A DNA stretch of 32,000 nt from NCBI RefSeq assembly GCF_000018105.1, contig NC_009925.1, forward strand, positions 3,120,001 to 3,152,000, written 5' to 3'. How positions within the stretch are numbered: position 1 is the first letter of the stretch; each line of letters begins with the position of its first letter. A program made the position numbers and the translations under genes. The notes under the pieces are model-generated. The model searched no databases. It had not been told where the DNA came from and was given only the letters and a program-made list of their open reading frames with translations. Below, piece after piece: positions 1 through 7,756 of this stretch. Source of the DNA: Acaryochloris marina MBIC11017. Lineage in GTDB: Bacteria > Cyanobacteriota > Cyanobacteriia > Thermosynechococcales > Thermosynechococcaceae.

Positions 1-7
1 ATCCGTC

Positions 8-502
8 ATGATAGAGAAGCAGTGCCCTTCTCCCGCCATGACTTCCTCTGTTGCTTCTACAGACGATCACTTTCTGATTACATTTGCTCCCCTGAGCGTC
101 GAGGAAGTGTATCATCAAGCCGATCATCCCCATAACGGCGCTGTGGTCGTCATGAGTGGCACCGTTCGTGACCAAACGGACGGTAAAGCCGTACTCTCCC
201 TGGAATATCAAGCCTATGAACCCATGGCCCTTAAAGTTTTCCAGAGCATTGCCCAGGATATTCGTCAGCGCTGGCCAGAGGTCAACCGGATTGCTATCCA
301 TCACCGCACGGGTCATCTCAAAATTAGCGAGATTAGCGTCCTCGTTGCCGTGGGCTGTCCCCATCGAGCTGAAGCCTTCACCGCCTGTCAATACGCCATC
401 GACACCCTCAAGCACAATGCCCCCATCTGGAAAAAAGAGCACTGGGCCGACGGTTCGAGTAGCTGGGTCAATATTGGGGCCTGTGAACAGGAAAACGCTT
501 AG
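8..502 (+). CDS. moaE: Molybdopterin synthase catalytic subunit MoaE
   Basis: 164-aa ORF with MoaE-like conserved stretches (EYQAYEPMA; HHRTGHLKISEISVLVAVGCPHRAEAFTACQYAIDTLKHNAPIWKKE). ATG at 8; the internal Met11 (nt 38) is an alternative start. Confidence 0.85.
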   Translation: MIEKQCPSPAMTSSVASTDDHFLITFAPLSVEEVYHQADHPHNGAVVVMSGTVRDQTDGKAVLSLEYQAYEPMALKVFQSIAQDIRQRWPEVNRIAIHHRTGHLKISEISVLVAVGCPHRAEAFTACQYAIDTLKHNAPIWKKEHWADGSSSWVNIGACEQENA

Positions 503-504
503 GC

Positions 505-1008
505 TTAGTTTCCCTGCATTTGTTCTTTTAAAGACTCTAATGCAGCCCAGCGTCGATCAACGGGTTGCTCAATCTTCTCTGCCTCTTTCAGCAAACCTTC
601 ACAGTTTTGATCACAAAGCTGTCGATGGGGCAGTTGCAAACTCAACTGCTGATACAGCCAATCTTCAGGACTAAAGTACCCTCGGGGGGATAATGTTTCG
701 ACCGGGTCATCGAGGGTGACTTCAATTTCCAATCCAGGCTCATCTGCCGGGACATCTGCCGATAACCAAATCATCTCTGAGGCATCTACTGTCAGCCGAT
801 GATTATATTGCTGCAAACAGCGATCGCAATTCAGAGTCACAATCGTTTTTGCTTGGCTGCTCACCTGCAGATAATTACCCTGGTGCATGAGGGTAACTTG
901 CCCTTGCACTGCCGTTAGGGAAGAAAGTTCAGTTAAAAACTCATCAACATCCAAAACCAGGGTTTGCTTGGGCGCATTTTCAATGTCTGGGATGTAAACC
1001 TTGTCCAT
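505..1008 (-). CDS. YceD/DUF177 family protein (large-subunit ribosomal RNA accumulation protein-like)
   Basis: 167-aa ORF with ATG start. Cys pair CDRCL...Y plus the C-terminal DRRWAALESLK motif typical of DUF177, and an acidic middle region. Confidence 0.72.
   Translation of the reverse strand: MDKVYIPDIENAPKQTLVLDVDEFLTELSSLTAVQGQVTLMHQGNYLQVSSQAKTIVTLNCDRCLQQYNHRLTVDASEMIWLSADVPADEPGLEIEVTLDDPVETLSPRGYFSPEDWLYQQLSLQLPHRQLCDQNCEGLLKEAEKIEQPVDRRWAALESLKEQMQGN
820..827. repeat. HIP1 palindrome GCGATCGC (representative of 13 copies)
   Basis: Perfect GCGATCGC starts at 820, 6661, 10700, 12980, 13452, 16124, 18457, 19068, 22622, 23414, 27661, 30402 and 31608. About 0.5 copies of a given 8-mer palindrome would be expected in 32 kb of random sequence. 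Confidence 0.9.
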
Positions 1009-1039
1009 CGCGGGGAACCTTTCTCCATCCCTTCTCTAC

Positions 1040-1564
1040 TTAATCGTTCTGAGCATCCTCATTCGCCGCCAGCATCACCACCAAACGGCGATCGGGTTCT
1101 TGGCCACGGCTGACCGTCTCTAAATCTGACTCATCAAACAAAATTGTATGGACTAACCGCCGTTCCGCTGAATTAATCGGAGGCATCACATATTCTTGCC
1201 CAGTTTCGCGAACCGATTGAGCCGCTTTGTCTGCGAGTTGCGTCAACTCTTCATACCGGTTGACGCGAACATCAGACATCTCAATCGTATAGGCCGTTCG
1301 GGCTTCTTTATCTTTGCCCAAATTCAAAGTTGAATTAATCAAATATTGAATCGCATCTAACATGCGGCCATTGTTGCCAATGAGTAAGTCAACCTGCTCT
1401 GGAGACAAGTCACTGTCTTCAATAGTGAGCCAGAACCCACCAAAATCTTTAAACTTAGTTTGGGCAATATCTGGCTTATCGATACTGACCGGAGTCTCAA
1501 CTCCCAAATGGCCTAACAAATTGGACAACCACTCTTGTCCCCGTTGAACATTTGACTCACTCAT
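1040..1564 (-). CDS. jag: Jag/KhpB-type R3H-domain RNA-binding protein
   Basis: C-terminal R3H-like segment (ERRLVHTILFDESDLETVSRGQEPDRRLVV). It lies 5 nt downstream of yidC, the conserved yidC-jag pairing. The ORF-track start at 1573 is TTG; I prefer the ATG at 1564 (MSESNVQRG...). Confidence 0.85.
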   Translation of the reverse strand: MSESNVQRGQEWLSNLLGHLGVETPVSIDKPDIAQTKFKDFGGFWLTIEDSDLSPEQVDLLIGNNGRMLDAIQYLINSTLNLGKDKEARTAYTIEMSDVRVNRYEELTQLADKAAQSVRETGQEYVMPPINSAERRLVHTILFDESDLETVSRGQEPDRRLVVMLAANEDAQND

Positions 1565-1569
1565 GGGTG

Positions 1570-2784
1570 TCAACTCGATGCTTTCTTTTTAGAGTACTCA
1601 GGTTCAAAGGGTAGCGCACCCCGCTCACCATCTTCAGCCACCACCTTCGATGCCCGCTCTTCTTTGGCTTTCTTCCGCTCTTGTTCATCCACAATCTTTT
1701 GCAGATTCTCAGGCAATGGCTCTTTCGATAAGAAATAGCTTTGAACCGTTTGGAAGATGTTGGCTAGCAGCATATACAACAGCACCCCCGCAGGCAAAGG
1801 GAAGAATAAAAACATGCCTGAAAACATCACCGGCATATACTTATTCATCGCTTGCTGCTGTGACCCAGAGTCGCCACCGCTTTGTCCTGACAGTAACTGG
1901 TTGACATATAAAGATACGCCAAACCCAATCACCATAAACAAAATATCCCAATGGATGGCATCCGAGTTGAACTGAGCGCCATCATCTGTTGTGGTAAAGA
2001 TTTCACCCTCAACAGCACCCACACGACCTAAGGCTTTAATAAATAAGAACCCTTTCTCAGCAGCAATCCCAGTCAACGTCCCTTGAATCGTGACATCACC
2101 GGGTTGAAGGGCAACAATATGACCATTGTCATCAATGCTGACCCGATCTTCACCCTTCATCACCTTCCAAGTAGGAACGATATCGTTAGCTTCAGACTCA
2201 GGAATAATATCTTGGAGCGGTTTCCCACCAATCGTTTGAAACTGGAAGTCAGTAGATTGACCCACCCCTAACTCTTTACCAGAAGGCACAATACCAACTA
2301 CAGGGTAGTGGGTTTTCTCCGCCACAAAAATATTCTGTGATTTAGTCGTAAATGGCTCAGGCTGAACTTCCGCAATCTTATCCTGGGGCAGAATTTTTAA
2401 GTTCACCGAATAGTTAACGTTGGCAAAGGGCGATCCTCTCAACGTTGCAAACAACGCAAATAGAATCGGCATTTGGATTAACAGCGGAAAACATCCGGCT
2501 AGAGGATTGCCAAACTCTTTAAATAGCTTGGTTTGCTCCTCTTGCAACTTCGCTGGATCATCTTTGTAGCGCTCTTGCAGCTCCTTTTGGCGCTTTTGCA
2601 TCACCGGTTGTGAGACTTTCATTCGCCGCATATTGCGAATTTGGCCTGCACTCACCGGATACAAAACAGAGCGAATCACCAGCGTTAGGGCAACGATGGC
2701 CAATCCATAACTAGGTACGATCCCGTAGAAAAAATCCAGGATCGGCAACATAATGTTGTCCGAGATAAATCCAATAAAGTTCAT
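1570..2784 (-). CDS. yidC: Membrane protein insertase YidC (Alb3/Oxa1 family)
   Basis: 404-aa ORF with ATG start. Multiple TM helices and conserved YidC core motifs ([26 protein letters not shown]; [20 protein letters not shown]; [23 protein letters not shown]). Basic C-terminal tail. Positioned between rnpA and jag. Confidence 0.93.
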   Translation of the reverse strand: MNFIGFISDNIMLPILDFFYGIVPSYGLAIVALTLVIRSVLYPVSAGQIRNMRRMKVSQPVMQKRQKELQERYKDDPAKLQEEQTKLFKEFGNPLAGCFPLLIQMPILFALFATLRGSPFANVNYSVNLKILPQDKIAEVQPEPFTTKSQNIFVAEKTHYPVVGIVPSGKELGVGQSTDFQFQTIGGKPLQDIIPESEANDIVPTWKVMKGEDRVSIDDNGHIVALQPGDVTIQGTLTGIAAEKGFLFIKALGRVGAVEGEIFTTTDDGAQFNSDAIHWDILFMVIGFGVSLYVNQLLSGQSGGDSGSQQQAMNKYMPVMFSGMFLFFPLPAGVLLYMLLANIFQTVQSYFLSKEPLPENLQKIVDEQERKKAKEERASKVVAEDGERGALPFEPEYSKKKASS

Positions 2785-3036
2785 TCGTGTATAGCCGACC
2801 TAAGTGCGGAAATTAGCAAAATACTGAGTTGACTGAGCTTTTCACTGTGTCCAGGAAATATAAAAGCTTCTAGCCTTTACAAGCATGATTTTACTGGTAA
2901 TACATACTGTGGGCAAACAGCCAGCCAATCTCAATACTATTTTAAGATTGAGCACAAATTGAGACAATCTTTTCCATCATACTCATCTGAGCAACAAATG
3001 TTGAAATCTGAGCGGATCATCGCCCAACCCAACTTT

Positions 3037-3438
3037 CTAAGATGCAGACCCACTCGCAACGGTGGATTTTGCCTGAGATTTTGCTTCCACTCTCTCTTCT
3101 ATATAGGCAGCAATTTCCCTAAATTTCGGCAAAGATTTCAATTCAATCCGACTGCCATCTTTTAAAATAATCAGCATATCTCCCCAAAAGCCTAATCCTC
3201 TGGGAATCACAGATACTTCAGAAATTTCAGAATAGACCAAGTCAGTCCGGCTACGTCCAAACCAGCCCCCATTCACTGTTACACGTCGGCTGGTAATCCG
3301 AAACCGTAGCCAAATGGCTCTGACCAATGCACCAATCGTCAGAGGAATAAAAAATATAGTTAAAGCTAAGAAAGAATTTAAGATTAAATCACCAATATGA
3401 GGCCCTCCTTCAAAGTAGACCTCCTCCTTAATACCCAT
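3037..3438 (-). CDS. Membrane-anchored bacterial PH-domain (bPH_2/YdbS-like) protein
   Basis: 133 aa. Two N-terminal hydrophobic helices followed by RITSRRVTVNGGWFGRSRTDLVYSEISEVSVIPRGLGFWGDMLIILKDGSRIELKSL, which has the bPH_2 pattern. It occupies the slot between rnpA and yidC. Confidence 0.68.
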   Translation of the reverse strand: MGIKEEVYFEGGPHIGDLILNSFLALTIFFIPLTIGALVRAIWLRFRITSRRVTVNGGWFGRSRTDLVYSEISEVSVIPRGLGFWGDMLIILKDGSRIELKSLPKFREIAAYIEERVEAKSQAKSTVASGSAS

Positions 3439-3468
3439 TTAGGATCTCCGCGTCTGCAAATAACTTTC

Positions 3469-3789
3469 TTAATTGTTGTCAGAAATTAGAAAGTAATCGC
3501 ACTGAACGGCAGCCGTCCGAACAACAATCACTACATCCCAACCTGGCTGTAATTCAGGCAGGAGCTGGCGACATGCCGCTCTTAACTGCCGCTTAATTCG
3601 ATTACGAACGACGGCTCGCTTGCTGACTTTTTGGCTAATCGAAAAACCAATACGAATTGGTTTTTTTTGTGAATTTGCACCCGATCGATAGGTTCTTAGC
3701 ACTAAATATTTTGTGCTTTGGCGTTTACCTTTACGGTACACAACACTAAATTCTCGGTTTTTTTTGAGTCGATGGGAGGTTGATAACAT
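3469..3789 (-). CDS. rnpA: Ribonuclease P protein component RnpA
   Basis: 106-aa very basic ORF beginning MLSTSHRLKKNREFSVVYRKGKR, the canonical RnpA N-terminus. Also has the RNR-like motif AVVRNRIKRQLR. Lies immediately downstream of rpmH. Confidence 0.88.
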   Translation of the reverse strand: MLSTSHRLKKNREFSVVYRKGKRQSTKYLVLRTYRSGANSQKKPIRIGFSISQKVSKRAVVRNRIKRQLRAACRQLLPELQPGWDVVIVVRTAAVQCDYFLISDNN

Positions 3790-3851
3790 TTAGCCTGCGC
3801 TACGCCCATGGGTTCAAAACGTTCAGCAGCCTTCGGCTCACTCACTCTTCG

Positions 3852-3989
3852 CTATACGGATAAGCGCTTACGGCCTTTACGTCGGCGAGAGCTAATCACA
3901 TTTTGGCCACTCTGAGAGCGCATCCGGGCTCTAAATCCAGACGTTCTTTTGCGCTTGCGGCAGGTTCCGCCCAAGGTTCGTTTAGTCAT
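3852..3989 (-). CDS. rpmH: 50S ribosomal protein L34
   Basis: Absent from the ORF track because it is under 60 aa. Manual translation of the minus strand gives [45 protein letters not shown] (45 aa), the L34 consensus. ATG is the complement of 3987-3989 and the stop is the complement of 3852-3854. Confidence 0.93.
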   Translation of the reverse strand: MTKRTLGGTCRKRKRTSGFRARMRSQSGQNVISSRRRKGRKRLSV

Positions 3990-4141
3990 AATTTATTCAG
4001 TCAAAAGATTTCACAAGGTCAAGGCATTTAGGTCGAGCGTTTGACCCAGAATCCATAGTTTACAATCTTATCACCCACTCTTGCCAGACCGAATGAAACC
4101 CCTTACGCTCAATGTTGCTCAGCTTGCTGTCGAGGTAATCC

Positions 4142-5509
4142 ATGGAAACTTCTCTTGAAACTCTTTGGAGCCAAGTTTTAGAACGCTTGCAGCTGCAGCT
4201 CAGCCGCCCCACCTTCGAAACTTGGATTAAAACCGCCAATGCTGAACAGCTAGATGAGAATCGCCTAGTGATTCGCACGCCTAATCCGTTTGCCCGGAAT
4301 TGGTTGCAGAAATACTATGTCAAAACCATTCGAGATGTCGTCCATGAGATTTTGGGGCATCCTGTCGAAATTCAAATTGAAATTGCCCAAGGGGATTCCA
4401 ACGCTACGATTTCAGCCCCGGAGGTTGCCTCACCACCGCCCACCGCTAGCCCAGTTGAAAATACCAACACTAGCCAACGCCAACAAGCCAGCCTCAATCC
4501 TAAATATGTGTTTTCTCGCTATGTGGTCGGCCCCAATAATCGCATGGCCCATGCCGCTTGTTTAGCGGTTGCTGAGTCTCCAGGGCGCGAATTTAATCCA
4601 TTATTTCTCTGTGGCGGTGTTGGATTGGGAAAAACCCACCTAATGCAGGCCATCGGCCATTACCGACTAGAGATTTCACCGAACTCACGTATTTTCTACA
4701 TCTCCACTGAACAATTCACCAATGATCTGATTGCCGCCATTCGCAAGGATGGAATGCAAAAGTTTCGAGAACATTACCGAGCAGTAGATGTGATGTTGGT
4801 CGATGACATCCAATTTATTGAAGGCAAAGAATATACCCAAGAAGAGTTTTTTCATACCTTCAATACATTGCATGAGGCAGGCAAGCAGGTTGTACTCGCG
4901 TCTGACCGTCCACCCAGCCAAATTCCACGGCTACAGGAGCGTCTCTGTTCCCGCTTTTCCATGGGATTGATTGCAGATATTCAGCCCCCTGATTTAGAAA
5001 CACGGATGGCCATTCTGCAAAAGAAAGCAGAATACGAAAATATTCGCCTTCCTAGAGAAGTCATTGAATATATTGCGTCTAGCTACACCTCTAACATTCG
5101 AGAACTCGAAGGCGCTCTCATTCGGGCAGTGGCCTATATTTCCATTTCTGGACTGCCCATGAATGTGGAAAATATCGCTCCAGTACTCAATCCACCGACT
5201 GCCAAAATATCGGCTTCCCCTGAAAGCATTATTAACGCCGTCGCTGATACCTATGGCATCTCGATTGATGATCTCAAAGGCAATTCCCGACGCCGGGAAA
5301 TTAGCATGGCCCGCCAAATTGGCATGTACCTTATGCGCCAGCATACCGACCTCAGCCTGCCAAAAATTGGCGAGGAATTCGGTGGCAAAGACCACACCAC
5401 GGTTATGTATAGCTGTGACAAAGTATCAGACTTACAAAAGAAAAATCCAGAACTCGCCCAATCTCTACGACAGTTAGGTGATCGGATCAAGCTGGCCAAC
5501 CAACCCTAA
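4142..5509 (+). CDS. dnaA: Chromosomal replication initiator protein DnaA
   Basis: 455 aa. AAA+ Walker [11 protein letters not shown] and Walker B MLVDDIQF. Sensor and domain IV motifs (NIRELEGAL; [16 protein letters not shown]). N-terminal domain I ([10 protein letters not shown]) and a low-complexity linker. Confidence 0.97.
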   Translation: METSLETLWSQVLERLQLQLSRPTFETWIKTANAEQLDENRLVIRTPNPFARNWLQKYYVKTIRDVVHEILGHPVEIQIEIAQGDSNATISAPEVASPPPTASPVENTNTSQRQQASLNPKYVFSRYVVGPNNRMAHAACLAVAESPGREFNPLFLCGGVGLGKTHLMQAIGHYRLEISPNSRIFYISTEQFTNDLIAAIRKDGMQKFREHYRAVDVMLVDDIQFIEGKEYTQEEFFHTFNTLHEAGKQVVLASDRPPSQIPRLQERLCSRFSMGLIADIQPPDLETRMAILQKKAEYENIRLPREVIEYIASSYTSNIRELEGALIRAVAYISISGLPMNVENIAPVLNPPTAKISASPESIINAVADTYGISIDDLKGNSRRREISMARQIGMYLMRQHTDLSLPKIGEEFGGKDHTTVMYSCDKVSDLQKKNPELAQSLRQLGDRIKLANQP

Positions 5510-5784
5510 GGGGAAGCCAGCTTGTTATTCATCTCTCCCGAATGGGAAGAGGACGAAGTGCTGCCATCCAGTGATATTGAACTCTGGTAGTCATTGCTAT
5601 ACCAGAGGAACACTGTGGATATTGTGCACAACCTGTGGATTACTAGATGTTCCGAACGACTGGCTATAAATTTTATTTTGAAAAGACTATAATTCTTTGA
5701 AATCTTTATTTGGTAAGGATTTCAGGTAAATATAAACACAATCTTAAATCTTTCATCAAGAATTTTAAACGTTCAATTTACCCC

Positions 5785-5979
5785 TGTGGAAAACCGCCAT
5801 TTTTCTGTGGAAAACATGGGTGAAACTTTGTGGAAAACCCAGGGGTCTTGTGGAGAAAAAAATATTAATTCACACCCTGTGGAAAACCCCCCGATCTTTT
5901 CCACAGGTTTTCCACAGGTGAGCGATCGGCTAAAGCCTTGTTCTCAATGAGGCTTTCTACTTTTTCCACATTTTCCACA
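5785..5979. other. oriC DnaA-box cluster (chromosomal replication origin core)
   Basis: Nine 9-mers of the cyanobacterial DnaA-box type. TGTGGAAAA at 5785, 5806, 5829 and 5878, and TGTGGAGAA at 5849. Reverse-oriented TTTTCCACA at 5897, 5908, 5962 and 5971. The cluster lies in the dnaA-dnaN intergenic region and is flanked by AT-rich tracts (about 5670-5780 and 5985-6016). Confidence 0.85.
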
Positions 5980-6135
5980 GCCCCTACTATTACTACTATT
6001 ATTTAAATTTAAAAAGAGGGGAATATAGATAGACCTGATTTTTGACCAGCATTTCTTGCAACTTTGAGGGACAGGGCAATGATGTTACGATGTTGCTCCC
6101 AGAGTTTAGAAAGTGTTGAAGTCCCTAGAAGCCTT

Positions 6136-7254
6136 ATGAAGTTGGTCTGTCAGCAAAGTGATCTAAATTCCAAACTGTCACTCCTTAGTCGAGTAGTCCC
6201 TTCGAATCCTACCCACCCGGTTCTAGCGAATGTTTTATTGACGGCTCAAGCCGAACGCCTCGGTTTAACCGTGTTTGATTTGAGTTTAGGAATTCAAGTT
6301 TGGATTGCTGCAGATGTCGAAGAAACCGGCGCTTTAACGTTGCCAGCTCGGTTTCTCAACGATATTGTCTCGCGTTTACCCAACTGCGATATCGAAGTCG
6401 AAACCGATGACACAGCTGTAACATTGACCTGCGATTCAGGCCATTACCAAATGCAAGGATTAGTGGCGGAAGAATTTCCAGGACTGCCGAGTTTGGATGA
6501 AATACCCGCCCTAGATCTGCCCACAGACGTGTTTCTTGAGGGATTGCAGGCCACTTTGTTTGCAGCGAGTACTGACGAAAGCAAACAAATTCTGACGGGG
6601 CTGCATCTGAATACTTCAGAGTCAGGGTTTGAATTTGCAACAACGGATGGGCATCGACTTGCGATCGCAAACTTTCCTGACCTCGTCACTCCAGAGCCCA
6701 TGACCATGACCATACCTGCGAAAGCCTTACGAGAGCTAGAGCGGATGCTGGGAAGAGTCAATGCCGATGTAGCCCTACGATTTGATACCAATCAGGCCAT
6801 TTTTGAACTAATCGGCGAACAAGGAACGGAGCGCCTGAGCTGTCGATTGTTGGAAGGGCAATATCCAGCCTATCCTCAACTTGTGCCGAAGCAGTTTGAG
6901 CGGCAAGTGACAGTGGAGCGGCAGCTGTTGCTCAGTAGTGTGGAACGGATTGCAGTATTAGCCGCCCGCAAAAATAATATTATTCGTTTAAAGATCGATA
7001 GTGCTGAACAGAATGTGGCTCTGTCAGCAGAGGCGCCTGAGTTGGGTATGGGAGAGGAACGTTTGCCAGCTCAAATCTCAGGAGAAGATTTAGACATCGC
7101 CTTTAATGTGAAATATTTGAGTGATGGCTTAAAGGCACTGGATAGCCAAGAAGTACAGCTGCAAATGAATTCGGCGACTATGCCAGCGGTTTTATCTCCC
7201 TTGTCGGGTCGTCAAATTACCTATTTGATCATGCCAATTCAAATTCGCGGTTAG
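6136..7254 (+). CDS. dnaN: DNA polymerase III beta sliding clamp DnaN
   Basis: Typical N-terminus MKLVCQQSDLNSKLSLLSRVVPSNPTHPVLANVLL and a three-domain clamp length (372 aa from the ATG at 6136). The ORF-track start at 6064 is a TTG adding 24 non-conserved residues, so I trimmed it. Confidence 0.94.
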   Translation: MKLVCQQSDLNSKLSLLSRVVPSNPTHPVLANVLLTAQAERLGLTVFDLSLGIQVWIAADVEETGALTLPARFLNDIVSRLPNCDIEVETDDTAVTLTCDSGHYQMQGLVAEEFPGLPSLDEIPALDLPTDVFLEGLQATLFAASTDESKQILTGLHLNTSESGFEFATTDGHRLAIANFPDLVTPEPMTMTIPAKALRELERMLGRVNADVALRFDTNQAIFELIGEQGTERLSCRLLEGQYPAYPQLVPKQFERQVTVERQLLLSSVERIAVLAARKNNIIRLKIDSAEQNVALSAEAPELGMGEERLPAQISGEDLDIAFNVKYLSDGLKALDSQEVQLQMNSATMPAVLSPLSGRQITYLIMPIQIRG

Positions 7255-7465
7255 CCTAGCCCATCAATCATGGGTATCTTAAGTAATATGGGGAACTATT
7301 TAAATTGATCCATGATCTAAAGTATGAGTGAGTAGACTATTTATATTGCTGACGGATAAACTGAGTTAAGTTTGACGGATAGATTGAAATTTGAAGAGAA
7401 AACCTTCTAAGATTTGATCCTCCAATGCATATCAGGCCATCCTTCAGCTAACTGTCTAAAGGGTT

Positions 7466-7675
7466 ATGAGAATGAAAGAAATCGTAATTTTGGTGTTATC
7501 CGTGAGCTTGGTGAGTGTCTTTGCCAGCACCGCTAACGCTATGCGTTCATTTCTCACTGCGACAGAAACGGCTGAGCCTGCTTTTGTCGATTCAGAAAAC
7601 GATTGTGCGTTGACCCCCATCGTCGCTGACCAACCTCCTGAAGATGAGGAACATTGGCCAGGTTGCCGCGATTAA
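7466..7675 (+). CDS. Small secreted hypothetical protein (signal peptide, acidic C-terminal part, 2 Cys)
   Basis: 69-aa ORF with a plausible Sec signal peptide (MRMKEIVILVLSVSLVSVFASTANA). Followed after 26 nt by a strong hairpin terminator. No recognisable family. Confidence 0.45.
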   Translation: MRMKEIVILVLSVSLVSVFASTANAMRSFLTATETAEPAFVDSENDCALTPIVADQPPEDEEHWPGCRD

Positions 7676-7701
7676 TTTCAACCACTCCTGATAAATTGCA
7701 T

Positions 7702-7751
7702 CTATAAAAATATCCCCCGCAATCTAACTGTTGCGGAGGATATTTTTATAG
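7702..7751. terminator. Bidirectional intrinsic terminator hairpin between convergent genes
   Basis: 21-nt arms CTATAAAAATATCCCCCGCAA (7702-7722) and TTGCGGAGGATATTTTTATAG (7731-7751) pair with one C/A mismatch around an 8-nt loop. The GC core is flanked by a T-run on both strands. Confidence 0.7.
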
Positions 7752-7756
7752 ATGCC

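Noticed and set aside
156-674. 172-aa plus-strand ORF overlapping moaE and the yceD-like gene
   Set aside because: It is an alternative frame of two genes that carry clear family motifs. Its composition is low-complexity and Pro/Ser/Ala-rich, typical of an off-frame translation.
2926-2969. Short inverted repeats (TCTCAAT / ATTGAGA, ATTGAG) in the PH-gene to yidC spacer
   Set aside because: The stems are only 6-7 bp, AT-rich and have alternative pairings. That is not enough to call a terminator or attenuator.
4060-4278. 72-aa minus-strand ORF spanning the rpmH-dnaA spacer and the dnaA 5' end
   Set aside because: It is antisense to the well-supported dnaA start and has no recognisable motif. 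The spacer is better explained as the divergent promoter region.
4290-5669. Several ORF-track entries inside or antisense to dnaA (4290-4565, 4685-4921, 4994-5395, 5163-5477, 5251-5499, 5478-5669)
   Set aside because: All overlap the DnaA frame, which carries the complete set of AAA+ and domain IV motifs. They are shadow ORFs.
6064-6135. 24-codon N-terminal extension of dnaN from a TTG start
   Set aside because: The conserved clamp N-terminus begins at the ATG at 6136 (MKLVCQQSDL...). The extension is not clamp-like and would push the CDS toward the origin's AT-rich tract.
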